From Cyanobacteria bacterium P01_D01_bin.156 (GTDB taxonomy: Bacteria; Cyanobacteriota; Cyanobacteriia; Phormidesmidales; Phormidesmidaceae): a stretch of 43,710 bases of DNA. The stretch is from positions 1 through 43,710 of the forward strand of contig JBCCQQ010000054.1 of assembly GCA_039024555.1 (NCBI GenBank). Direction: 5' to 3'. The position numbers and the translations under genes were made by a program. Under the pieces are notes generated by a model, which searched no databases, was not told the origin of the DNA, and worked only from the letters and a program-made list of their open reading frames with translations. Below are positions 1 to 9,190 of this stretch, piece after piece (positions within the stretch are counted from its first letter, which is position 1; the number at the start of each line of letters is the position of its first letter).

Positions 1-140
1 AACGCTACGAGCTGAAACAGCGGCTTGGGCGAGTGACATCAACAGCACTCAGAGAGGTGTCGATTGGCAGATGAAAATTGACGATGCACGCTACAAATTA
101 GCGTCTGTCTATCCCAAGATTAAGTCTTGACGATGCACTA
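1..140 (+). mobile_element. Right end of an IS630-family insertion sequence (truncated by the window edge)
   Basis: Frame 2 reads TLRAETAAWASDINSTQRGVDWQMKIDDARYKLASVYPKIKS* (stop 128-130), matching the IS630 transposase C-terminus pattern (AAW..N...V.WQ....DAR.KL..LYP). The element ends at TA 139-140 within CTAG (138-141); TA is the IS630 target. Confidence 0.85.
2..130 (+). CDS. IS630-family transposase, C-terminal 42 aa (partial)
   Basis: Manual translation of an open frame from the window start to TGA 128-130; not in the ORF track. Confidence 0.85.
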   Translation, partial: TLRAETAAWASDINSTQRGVDWQMKIDDARYKLASVYPKIKS

Positions 141-1260
141 GGTTTGCATTGTCAAAGTTTGAATCGTAGATACGCGCACCTTTAAAGATCGAGTTAGATA
201 TGTTGGAGCCTTCAAATGAAGTTCCGTGACCTATCGATCTAAAAAATAAGCTAAAGTTTTCAAAAAAGTATCTTTTGTTCGAATTAAGGTGTAATTCTTT
301 TTGCAAATAATCTATAGTGAACTTATTAAGGTATATTCCTGCCCGTAAAGATGGCAAAAACAAAAGTAACAGTCCAAAAAGGTAATTTTTATCGTAATCA
401 ACTAAAGATTTCAGAGCCTTAGAGAAAATTATTCCAGCAACATTCCAAGTGAGATTAACAAACTCCACGAAACTTGCAACTTGGAAGTCATTAAAGACAG
501 AAGAAAATGTTATGAAAAGAAAGATAACGGGTAAAATTAAAAATAAAAAGACAGGTGTTAGTAAGCCGAAGAAGTTTAATGCATATTTGACGATATTGAC
601 AGCTCCTAAAAAGAATAATAGTGAGCAAAGTGTTATCGAAAGTTGAGCATATGTTGGTAAATAATAAAGGCTGGCAATAATCACTAAAGCTAGTACCATG
701 ATTAAGAGGCTGAATGCAATTATCAGACAGCCGAATAGTAAAAACCTTAAGATATGAATACTTACTCCCATGCTAGACATGTCCAATCTTCTACTCTGAA
801 AGGTTTGCCTGTAGGATTCTAAATAATCTTGTAGTTTGTTAAGCGGGCCTCCAATAGAATGGGGGGATTCAATAAAGGTGTGTTTTTCGTTCAAAAAAAT
901 AGGCGGAGCTGAGAAACGCTGAGATATTTTTTTGTAAAATCTAAGACATGCTAATTGTTGAAAATTCATCCATTGACTAGACGAAGAAATAGCCCAAAAG
1001 AAACCTCCGAATACAAAAACCATTAAAGTTTGCTTTGTGCTACGACCTGTTTGCACACCTTCGAAATTAGCACCCTTCAGTATACTATTGCTAAAATCAC
1101 AGCCACGAATATCAGAGTTGCTGAAATCAGCTTTGACTAAATTACTTCCTCGAAACGAGCACCCTCTGAGATTGCATGATCTAAAAACTACATGAGGCTT
1201 GACGTTCTCAAAAATTTTACCTCTTAGATCTTTTCCACAGTAGCTGATTGTTTCTTGCAT
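109..1260 (-). pseudogene. Pentapeptide-repeat membrane protein, 3'-truncated by the IS630 insertion
   Basis: N-terminal pentapeptide repeats (CNLRGCSFRGSNLVKADFSNSDIRGCDFSNSILKGANF), several central hydrophobic helices, and C-terminal repeats (GTSFEGSNISNSIFKGARIYDSNFDNANL) that break off at the CTAG junction. The last 9 aa (VHRQDLILG) are read from IS DNA. Visibly AT-rich. Confidence 0.75.
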
Positions 1261-1389
1261 TGATTTTTCTAATACTACAAATTCTAGATAGCTATATGGG
1301 AATGTAAATATATTGCTTAAACAGTCAGCATGATTTTAGCTTATCTTTATTTTGTCGGCTCTGCATTATGTGCAGGTGTACGAGTAGTG

Positions 1390-1527
1390 ATTGTTGAGAA
1401 ATCAAATATTTCAATCCTCAACAATTTCTTCGAATCACATAGGCACTAAGAAGTTAATTACTTAACTCGTTATTTGTATAGATAATAATAAATACATAGC
1501 TGTGGGAAAATTGTTCTCAACAATTTT
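1390..1527. promoter_or_regulatory. Paired inverted repeats upstream of the pentapeptide gene, possible operator
   Basis: ATTGTTGAG-N18-CTCAACAAT (1390-1425) and a perfect AAAATTGTT-CTC-AACAATTTT (1507-1527). CTCAACAATTT occurs twice. Confidence 0.3.
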
Positions 1528-1764
1528 AATTGATACTTATTCTATAGCTACCTGCAGTTAACCTTCCAGAAGGTACTAGCAAATGAATACTCTCTATGGG
1601 AGGAGGTGTAAGATCATGCAGAGAATTAATTCTCCTTCAAATGGCCAGTGTTAGCGTATCGTACATGAGATATAAGGGCTTCGCTCGCATCACTGTTGCG
1701 CAACTATCACCGGAGCAATAAGAGATCTGGGTCAGGCAGATGTATCTTATTGATGCAATCATTT

Positions 1765-3156
1765 TTACATAGGTAAAACTTTACCTCTCAAATCACTAGG
1801 GCCATCCACGTCATAACGCCCCAGCATAGTTGGCAAAATGTCATAGAGCTGCGCGTTCTCTAATACTTGCCCACCTTTAGGCTCTTTCGGGTCATGAAAA
1901 ATCATCAACCCATACTGAGCATGGTTAGCATCATCTGGTCCCGTGTCATTACCTTTTGCGTGTAGTTCCCCAGTGCCCACACTACCCACAGATCGCCACG
2001 CCAGCCAGTCAAAATACACCAGCAAGTCTGGAGCCATTCCCCGTACCTTTTGATAGGTCTCTTGGGGTACATAGGCCTTGACCTCCATCGGTGACCCATC
2101 CGGATAGGTAATCGCTTCTAATTCGGCAATAAGCTGTTCTCGAAATGCCTTAAACTCTCGCAATGGAATTGTTCCCTGGGGTTCTCTTCCCTTTATGTTC
2201 AAAAATATTCTTGCGTAGTAACCCCCAGCACCCCAAACCTTTGTTTTCTCCCAATCTACGTCTACTTTATCAAGTGCAGTCGGTTCATTTGGTTTCTCTT
2301 TAAGGGTCAGATAGCCTTTATCCATTAGCCATTCATTGATGCAAATACCCCCCATCAGGGGCTGTGCTCCATGGTCTGAAACCACTAGTACAGCTGTCTC
2401 CTCATCACAGTGAGCCAACAGTTGCCCTACCCGCTCATCTACATGACAGTAATAGTCATGGATAGCGGTTTCAAAGGGCATGTCAGGTACATAGTCTGGG
2501 TGCCGTGGGTCCATGGGCTTCCAGAATGCATGGTGAATGCGATCCACGCCCATATCTACCAGCATTAAAAAGTCCGGCTGATCCTGCACAATCAGCTTTT
2601 CTGCCAGGGTAAATCGCTGGTCGCATAGCTTATGGATATTGGCTAGAATCTCGGCCTTATCTTCGGACCGAAACTCTGGTACATCCATCATAAAGTCAGG
2701 CATCCAGTTACGGATTTGGTCTCCGAGTTCTGGTGGATGGGTAAAGGTTACCTGGGGGCTCGGTGTCAGGAAACACGACACCATTGACCCATTCACCTCA
2801 TAGGGTGGGGATGTCCCTGGCACACTTAGGGCTGCTACTTTCCAGTCTGCTTTACCCAAGTAGTCCCACAGCCGTGGAAACTTGACTGCCCGACCATCGG
2901 CAATGGTCATATCCTGATAGGCTCGCGTCGCCCGATTGCGAAAACCGTAGATGCCTAATTCTCCTGGATCACGCCCCGTCATCATGCAGCTCCAAGCAGG
3001 TACTGTAATCGCCGGAATGGAACTTTCCAGGCGACCATAGCTGCCTTGGGCCATTAACCGAGACAGATTTGGTAAATCCTCTCGCCACTTCTCAAATACA
3101 AGAGAAGGCTCCATACAATCAAGGCCGATAATGATTAGGCGAGGCGAGGGAGACAT
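1765..3156 (-). CDS. Alkaline phosphatase superfamily protein, type I phosphodiesterase/nucleotide pyrophosphatase-like
   Basis: IIGLDC metal ligand, PAITVPAW with Thr nucleophile, DRIHH, VSDHG and C-terminal ANHAQYG motifs. No obvious signal peptide. Confidence 0.85.
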   Translation of the reverse strand: MSPSPRLIIIGLDCMEPSLVFEKWREDLPNLSRLMAQGSYGRLESSIPAITVPAWSCMMTGRDPGELGIYGFRNRATRAYQDMTIADGRAVKFPRLWDYLGKADWKVAALSVPGTSPPYEVNGSMVSCFLTPSPQVTFTHPPELGDQIRNWMPDFMMDVPEFRSEDKAEILANIHKLCDQRFTLAEKLIVQDQPDFLMLVDMGVDRIHHAFWKPMDPRHPDYVPDMPFETAIHDYYCHVDERVGQLLAHCDEETAVLVVSDHGAQPLMGGICINEWLMDKGYLTLKEKPNEPTALDKVDVDWEKTKVWGAGGYYARIFLNIKGREPQGTIPLREFKAFREQLIAELEAITYPDGSPMEVKAYVPQETYQKVRGMAPDLLVYFDWLAWRSVGSVGTGELHAKGNDTGPDDANHAQYGLMIFHDPKEPKGGQVLENAQLYDILPTMLGRYDVDGPSDLRGKVLPM

Positions 3157-3256
3157 AAGAAAGTAAGGAACGAGGTGAAGGAGTTAGCGATGACTCACGA
3201 TATAGGTTGGTTAATGTCTGGTCATCAATTCTAAACAAAAGAAACTTAAGTGAATT

Positions 3257-3296
3257 CCTCCCTTTAGCAAGGGGAGGTGCCGAAGGCGGAGGGGTC
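3257..3296. repeat. Palindromic REP-like short repeat (double hairpin) between lgt and the phosphodiesterase gene
   Basis: CCTCCCCTT-TAGC-AAGGGGAGG perfect 9-bp stem (3257-3278) followed by GCC-GAA-GGC and GGAGGGG; resembles cyanobacterial intergenic palindromic repeats. Confidence 0.6.
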
Positions 3297-3373
3297 TACG
3301 AGACTTGTTCAAATGTCGGAAATCTTTTTTGATGTTGACCCTTGTTCAGGAAAACCAAAACCCGATAAAAACG

Positions 3374-4240
3374 TCAATTAGTTATTGCCTTACCCAACCG
3401 CCGTCGCAACACCAATGTCGCCACAGCTCCCACAATCGCCACTAGCGAAAGAACATGCACCACGTTAAATGGCGTACCAGGGAAGAACCAAGAGTCTGTT
3501 CTCAAAAATTCAATAAAAAAGCGGCCAAACGGATACCAAACTAAATACAATAACGACAAATCACCCGGTCTCAGCTTTCTACCCAACCGTTTAGAAACAA
3601 AATACAGCACTAAAAAGCCTAATAAGTTCCATACGGATTCGTATAGAAATAGTGCATGAAATCGCGTTGTTTCCACTGGATATGCTAAATCGCAATTGGG
3701 TGGGTTGATCGGACCGCAGTTGGGCGGGATAGTCGCATCGTAAGGGGGAAGGCGTCTATTCGCATCAATGCGTAGACCAAGGGGCCAGTCGGTTGGTGGA
3801 CCGTAAAGCTCCTGATTAATAAAATTGCCCCAGCGTCCGATTGCCTGGGCGATGGGTAAGCCTACTGCTGCTGCGTCAAGATATGTCAGCGTGGGTAAAC
3901 GACGAATTTTGGTAAATAGCCAAAGGGCAATGCTGCCAAAAATGAATGCCCCAAAAATGTGAATGCCCCCCGTCCAGATCATCAAAACTTGCAGCGGATT
4001 GGCAAGATAGTAAGCGGCATTGCCAGACTGAATAAAGACGTAGTAGAGACGTGCGCCAAAAAAGGCGGGTAGTAGAACCCATATGAGCATGTCCCAAAAG
4101 TCTTCTGGGTCTTTACCACGACGTTCAATTTCTTTGCTGGCAATCCAAGCACCGGTAATCACAGCAGTGGCCATAAATAAACCGTACCAGGTGAGGGTCA
4201 GGGGACCTAAGGAAATTGTTGGAGCTACGGGGGGATACAT
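3374..4240 (-). CDS. lgt: Prolipoprotein diacylglyceryl transferase
   Basis: LGPLTLTWYG, GARLYYV, IGRWGNFINQELYG (Lgt signature), FLYES and GRFFIEFLRTD motifs; multi-pass membrane protein. Confidence 0.93.
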   Translation of the reverse strand: MYPPVAPTISLGPLTLTWYGLFMATAVITGAWIASKEIERRGKDPEDFWDMLIWVLLPAFFGARLYYVFIQSGNAAYYLANPLQVLMIWTGGIHIFGAFIFGSIALWLFTKIRRLPTLTYLDAAAVGLPIAQAIGRWGNFINQELYGPPTDWPLGLRIDANRRLPPYDATIPPNCGPINPPNCDLAYPVETTRFHALFLYESVWNLLGFLVLYFVSKRLGRKLRPGDLSLLYLVWYPFGRFFIEFLRTDSWFFPGTPFNVVHVLSLVAIVGAVATLVLRRRLGKAITN

Positions 4241-4255
4241 CTTGGGTGTTCGCAG

Positions 4256-5824
4256 TTATTCTTCTAAATATCCAAGGTCTTTGAGGCGACGACGAACATC
4301 TGGATCATCAAACCCAGTGGCTTGGGCTTGAGAATACAGAGCCTGATGTTCATCAGCATCTTGGCTAAAGGCGGAGAGTGAATCTTGGAGCGATTCCACC
4401 ATTTCAGGAAAAATCTCACTTAGGTCAAGATTCTCTTCCGGATCGTCTTGCACATCATAGAGCTCGGGTGGATTTTCATTAATCTCAATCAGTTTATGAT
4501 GTCCTACCCAGACGGCCCGTCTTGTTTGATCGCAGGCGTGCTGAGAGATTAACTCGGGCTGACGTTTTTGAATGAGGTTCAGAACGTTTTGAGGGGTGAC
4601 GGCTTCTGCATAGACGTACCGTTCAGGATCAAGATCTTCAATGGCTTCCTGATCAGATGGGCACTCTAAACTCAGGCTAGCTTCCTCAGATGTTGCCAGA
4701 CCGGCTGCTGAAAGTACGGTGTGGAACAAACAGCGGGTAGAGACCACGTCTTCTCGAAGAGTCTTTCGTTGAATAGTGTCCTGTGGGTCGTGGATAATCA
4801 AGGGCACTTGAACTAGTTCGTTGTAAATAGAGAGACTATGGCCGATGAGTTGTTTTTCTCCTAGATGTTCTCCATGATCGGCACAGATAACAATATAGGT
4901 GTTGTCTAAGCGTCCTGATTCTTTTAGCTGCCTGAGAAAACGACCCACTTGGGCGTCTTGAGCAGCAACTTCGGCATCGTACATGCTGTCTAGGGTGCCT
5001 TTTTGTTGGTTGTCGAGGGCACCGACGAGGGGAGCTAACCAGCCATAGACATCACCGTTAAAGCGTCTTAGGTAGCTTTGGGCGTCTCGGTCTTTAAGGA
5101 CATTGGGGGCAAATTGCTCGATGTACTGTCGCGGTGGATGGTAGGGCATGTGGGTGCCCATGAGATTAATAAAGGTGAAAACGGGCTGATCTGGGTGGAC
5201 GTTTTCACGCTCGATTAATAGCTTGGCTGCATCATCCAGTGATTTTCGGGTGTTGCCTTTGAAGCTTAGGGCTGTCTGCCACAGGGGCACCATTAAAGGG
5301 GTAAAGGAGAATGATAAAAGCCAGTCAGAGCGAGCAAAGGCGTCTTGGATTTTGTTGAGACCCTTGGCCAGGATGCGCTTAAAGAACTGACGGTATTTGT
5401 CTAAAAAGCTGGAAGGGATTCCGGCTTGGTTAGGGCGGGAGCTGAGTAGACCGCTGTAGTTTAGAAAGCTGTAAAAGCCGCGTCGTAATCCGTTGTTGAT
5501 GACGCCAACCAGGGGATTATTGCAAAAGGCAGCGGTGTAATAGCCACCGTCCTGTAACCGTTCCGCTAGAGTTTGGAGATGGGGCGGCATAACGGAATAG
5601 GACTGCTGCATCTGATGTTGGGAGGGATACAGCCCGGTAAACATAGAGGCGTGGGATGGAATGGTCCACTGGCCTGGTGCGATCGCAAACTTAAATCGTG
5701 TGGCTGTTTCCGCAAAGGCATCAATATTGGGCGATGTTTGCTTTTCGTAGCCATAGCATGACAGTCGATCTACCCGCTGGGTATCGAGTACTAAAAAAAT
5801 GACATCTGGTTGATTTGAAGGCAT
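4256..5824 (-). CDS. Sulfatase-like hydrolase/transferase (AlkP superfamily)
   Basis: VIFLVLDTQRVDRLSCYGY, WTIPSHASMFTG, THMPY, ADHGE, GHS, and C-terminal RRLKDLGY. Start placed at ATG 5824 (MPSNQPDV); the ORF track extends it to 5875. Confidence 0.87.
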   Translation of the reverse strand: MPSNQPDVIFLVLDTQRVDRLSCYGYEKQTSPNIDAFAETATRFKFAIAPGQWTIPSHASMFTGLYPSQHQMQQSYSVMPPHLQTLAERLQDGGYYTAAFCNNPLVGVINNGLRRGFYSFLNYSGLLSSRPNQAGIPSSFLDKYRQFFKRILAKGLNKIQDAFARSDWLLSFSFTPLMVPLWQTALSFKGNTRKSLDDAAKLLIERENVHPDQPVFTFINLMGTHMPYHPPRQYIEQFAPNVLKDRDAQSYLRRFNGDVYGWLAPLVGALDNQQKGTLDSMYDAEVAAQDAQVGRFLRQLKESGRLDNTYIVICADHGEHLGEKQLIGHSLSIYNELVQVPLIIHDPQDTIQRKTLREDVVSTRCLFHTVLSAAGLATSEEASLSLECPSDQEAIEDLDPERYVYAEAVTPQNVLNLIQKRQPELISQHACDQTRRAVWVGHHKLIEINENPPELYDVQDDPEENLDLSEIFPEMVESLQDSLSAFSQDADEHQALYSQAQATGFDDPDVRRRLKDLGYLEE

Positions 5825-6104
5825 TGAAGCGCAGAAAAGCGTAATGGCAATCTCGCCGTTACTGCTTAGCAGCAACGCCGCTATCTTTACTACGTTAGAG
5901 AGAAAAAGATGGATGCATGGTGTAGTCCATAAGAGCTTTCACTCAACAGCCCACAGTGTGAAGCAACGTGCTCCTACCATGCCTGAAGCCCCAGCCCCAG
6001 TGACTCAGCATCATTCCAAGAGTTCTCTACATTACGAAGTACTCAACCAGTCTAGAGCATCAAGCCAATTGCCGTTGTCCATCTGATGGATAAACCGCTA
6101 GATA

Positions 6105-6218
6105 CTATGGACGATGGTGTGCTGCTAGAAAACGTTCTACATCATTACGGGTGGGCATCGAGGTCTGTGCGCCAGCTTTTGTCACTGCAAGAGCCGCGAC
6201 CGCACTTGCCCATGTTGC
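6105..6218 (-). pseudogene. Remnant of a ribokinase/PfkB-family gene (C-terminal ~37 aa only)
   Basis: ATWASAVAALAVTKAGAQTSMPTRNDVERFL matches the ribokinase C-terminus (A.AAAA.AVT..GAQ.S.P.R.E...FL). There is no upstream PfkB sequence and no room for it before the gene ending at 6310. Confidence 0.7.
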
Positions 6219-6309
6219 TGAGTAACGTTTCTCCAGCCTGGGGTAGGTGAGGGACCTGGACCACCAAGTCCATATTGAGACTGCCAAACACAATGATGGC
6301 CATGGGATT

Positions 6310-6621
6310 CTAGGGTTCGGAGCTTCCCCAAATATCTCCCAGTCCTGTTAATGAATCTAGATCGGGTGATGATTCTTCAGATTCCACCTGCCAAGGATTA
6401 GGGGGGCGATCGCTGCTCCAGGCCCACCAGGCTTTGCCGCATTCGCACTTATAAAATTCCTGCCATTTTCGCCGATGATTCTGGGTATACACCGGAGCGC
6501 GACGATTAATCCACACATCAGTCGCTACACTTGCTGTCTGGTTGCACGCTGGACAGCAAAACGAAAGAGCATGGGTGGCAGAGTCTACCCATTCGGGAGG
6601 TGTTGATGCAAAAGCTTCCAT
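6310..6621 (-). CDS. Hypothetical protein with a zinc-ribbon-like Cys pattern
   Basis: CPAC ... CECG motifs, Trp-rich, acidic tail; 103 aa ORF. Confidence 0.75.
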   Translation of the reverse strand: MEAFASTPPEWVDSATHALSFCCPACNQTASVATDVWINRRAPVYTQNHRRKWQEFYKCECGKAWWAWSSDRPPNPWQVESEESSPDLDSLTGLGDIWGSSEP

Positions 6622-6829
6622 AGGCTGGGGGGCTAGCGTTCTCCTGAGATCAATTATGGTCTCAATTTTGAAAAGCGGCTGACTTTTGCTGTTCTGGGCT
6701 TACTGAAACCAGTGATTGTGATCCCCATTTCCCGTCTCCTACATTTTGTGAAAAGACGTTAAGAATTTATAGTTGAGTCAGGGCGGGCCAAGACGGCCAG
6801 CTGTCAACCTTTAGCAATAGGCAATTCCC

Positions 6830-8026
6830 GTGAAGGCAATCACTCTGCTTGGTTCAACTGGCTCCATTGGTACCCAAACCCTAGATATTCTTGAGCATCA
6901 TCCTGATAAGTTTCGTCTAGTTGGAATTGCCGCAGGGCGCAACGTTACCTTACTTGCTGAGCAAGTTCGCCAGTTTAAGCCGGAAATTGTTGCTATTCAT
7001 GATGTCAGCAAACTAGCAGAACTTAAGGAAGCCCTGGCGGATGTAGACCCCCAGCCTCAGATTGTGGCAGGCCCTGAAGGCATCGTAGAAGTGGCTCGCT
7101 ATGGTGATGCTGAGGTGGTGGTGACTGGTATCGTTGGCTGCGCTGGTCTGTTGCCGACTATTGCTGCCATTGAAGCAGGTAAAGATATTGCTCTGGCCAA
7201 TAAAGAAACGCTGATTGCCGGTGGTCCCGTGGTGCTACCCCTGGTGGAAAAACATGGGGTAAAGCTGCTACCTGCAGACTCTGAGCACTCTGCTATTTTT
7301 CAATGTCTGCAGGGCTTGCCAGAGGGGGGACTGCGCCGCATTATTCTGACAGCGTCCGGTGGGGCTTTCCGCGATTGGCCGGTGGAAAAGCTTAAGGATG
7401 TGACCGTTGCTGATGCTATCAAGCATCCCAACTGGTCCATGGGGCGTAAAATTACAGTGGATTCTGCCACCATGATGAATAAAGGTCTAGAGGTGATCGA
7501 AGCCCATTATTTGTTTGGTCTGGACTACGGCCATATTGATACTCTGATTCATCCCCAGAGCATTATTCATTCGTTGATTGAGACTCAGGATACGTCTATG
7601 CTGGCGCAGCTTGGCTGGCCTGATATGCGTCTACCTCTGCTATATGCCATTTCCTGGCCTGAGCGCATCTTTACTGATTGGAAGCCGTTGGACTTGGCGC
7701 AGCTGGCTACATTGACATTTAAAAATCCAGATCACGCTAAGTATCCCTGCATTAACCTCGCCTACGAAGCAGGCCGAGCCGGGGGCTCCATGACGGCTGT
7801 TTTAAATGCTGCGAACGAGCAGGCAGTAGCGCTATTTCTAGATGAAAAAATTCACTATCTGGATATTCCAAAAGTGATTGAGAAGGTGTGCGATCGCAAT
7901 CGCGACCACCTCACGGCCCAACCTTCGCTACAGGATATTCTCGATGCTGACCAGTGGGCGCGCCAGGAAGTGATCAATGTGAGCGATAGCCTCAATGAGC
8001 GCCAGGTTGTAGCCCTGGGGTCATAG
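6830..8026 (+). CDS. dxr: 1-deoxy-D-xylulose 5-phosphate reductoisomerase
   Basis: [57 protein letters not shown]. Confidence 0.98.
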   Translation: MKAITLLGSTGSIGTQTLDILEHHPDKFRLVGIAAGRNVTLLAEQVRQFKPEIVAIHDVSKLAELKEALADVDPQPQIVAGPEGIVEVARYGDAEVVVTGIVGCAGLLPTIAAIEAGKDIALANKETLIAGGPVVLPLVEKHGVKLLPADSEHSAIFQCLQGLPEGGLRRIILTASGGAFRDWPVEKLKDVTVADAIKHPNWSMGRKITVDSATMMNKGLEVIEAHYLFGLDYGHIDTLIHPQSIIHSLIETQDTSMLAQLGWPDMRLPLLYAISWPERIFTDWKPLDLAQLATLTFKNPDHAKYPCINLAYEAGRAGGSMTAVLNAANEQAVALFLDEKIHYLDIPKVIEKVCDRNRDHLTAQPSLQDILDADQWARQEVINVSDSLNERQVVALGS

Positions 8027-8063
8027 GTTAATATTAGGCGTACTTCAAAAGGAATCGCGGCCC

Positions 8064-8273
8064 ATGGAAATTGTGGTTGTCATCGGTGCGATCGCTATTT
8101 CAATCCTGGTGTTCACCTGGTTGATCAAAGTGGTGAAGGCCACCCTTAAAACAGCGTTCTTAGCCGCCTTAATTTTGCTAGGCTTACAAATCTTTTTTGG
8201 TATTGGGCCTGCTGCCATTTGGGAAACCATTCGAGATTTTGTGGGTCAACAGGCGGGCAGCGTCGCTCGTTAA
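8064..8273 (+). CDS. Small two-helix membrane protein
   Basis: 69 aa with two hydrophobic segments; 37 bp after dxr, AAGGA upstream. Confidence 0.7.
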   Translation: MEIVVVIGAIAISILVFTWLIKVVKATLKTAFLAALILLGLQIFFGIGPAAIWETIRDFVGQQAGSVAR

Positions 8274-8303
8274 ACCTTCGTAGAGGCTATTGTCTCGTGG
8301 TGT

Positions 8304-8894
8304 TTAGGCGGCCAGTTCATCCTGAACTTCCATCTCTCCTGTCCACACTTGAGTTAGTAAAGCGATTCCTACTTCACTTAGCAATACTTCTGACCCATCG
8401 TATTCAAAATCTTCAGCTGAACCACCTGCTGCCAGCACGAGGTCCTCGATCCATACATTACACGGAGTGATGGGAGTGAGTTCCAGTAGCTGATTCAGCT
8501 GTTTACATATATGTTCTGGCAAATCCCGCTGAATTAATTGATATAAAGCAATGCCAGTGCGAGCTTCTACACCACCAAGAATCTGGTGTACGTACCAAGC
8601 AGCTTCATTGATAGGTAAAGCCTCTAAACGTTGCTGCATACGTGCTATCACATCATCAGCGAAGTTCGCTACACCCAAATGCTGACTCAGGGAGTGAACA
8701 GGAGTATCTAAATCCCGCTCTATCAGATTGGCAATGTTTGACCAATCAATTTGGGGAAATGCATTTTGCAATAGAATAAAGCCCCGTTCATTGATGTGGC
8801 AGGAGCCTTGGGCTAAATCATAGGAAAAGTCTTGACCTGGCTGTGCACCAGCTTCCACAAGCATGCGGAAAAGTTGAATATCTTCGGAGTGCAT
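8304..8894 (-). CDS. Hypothetical protein with an internal repeat
   Basis: 196 aa ORF with GGGGAG RBS just upstream; aa 12-46 and 152-184 resemble each other. Confidence 0.75.
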   Translation of the reverse strand: MHSEDIQLFRMLVEAGAQPGQDFSYDLAQGSCHINERGFILLQNAFPQIDWSNIANLIERDLDTPVHSLSQHLGVANFADDVIARMQQRLEALPINEAAWYVHQILGGVEARTGIALYQLIQRDLPEHICKQLNQLLELTPITPCNVWIEDLVLAAGGSAEDFEYDGSEVLLSEVGIALLTQVWTGEMEVQDELAA

Positions 8895-9190
8895 AATAAC
8901 TCCCCTTTAAGACAGCAATAAAATATTTTTTAATAAATATTAGAGCCTTACTAAAGTAACATCCCAGCCGGGAATGGGTGTAGCAAGTAGTACAAACCTC
9001 GAAAGTTAGTTGAAAATGCTCATGTATCAGTGATCGTATGTATTTCATCCTAGGTTAGAAATACGTAGGAGGCAGTACCCTTTCGGGTAGAGTTTTCCCA
9101 TGGCCCCGGAATATTAGTGTTCTAATCTGACACAAGCTTTGAGATAAGCAGCAGCAGCCCATGCGGGAAATGACATCAATGCAAACCGAA

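Noticed and set aside
5844..6086. 80 aa plus-strand ORF
   Set aside because: No recognisable motif or RBS, and it overlaps the sulfatase upstream region; probably spurious.
9060..9110. c-di-GMP-I riboswitch upstream of the 8304-8894 gene (minus strand GGAAAAC...TACCC-GAAA-GGGTA)
   Set aside because: A GNRA hairpin is present, but the conserved GACGCAAAG junction and the P3 receptor stem are not. An Infernal scan would settle it.
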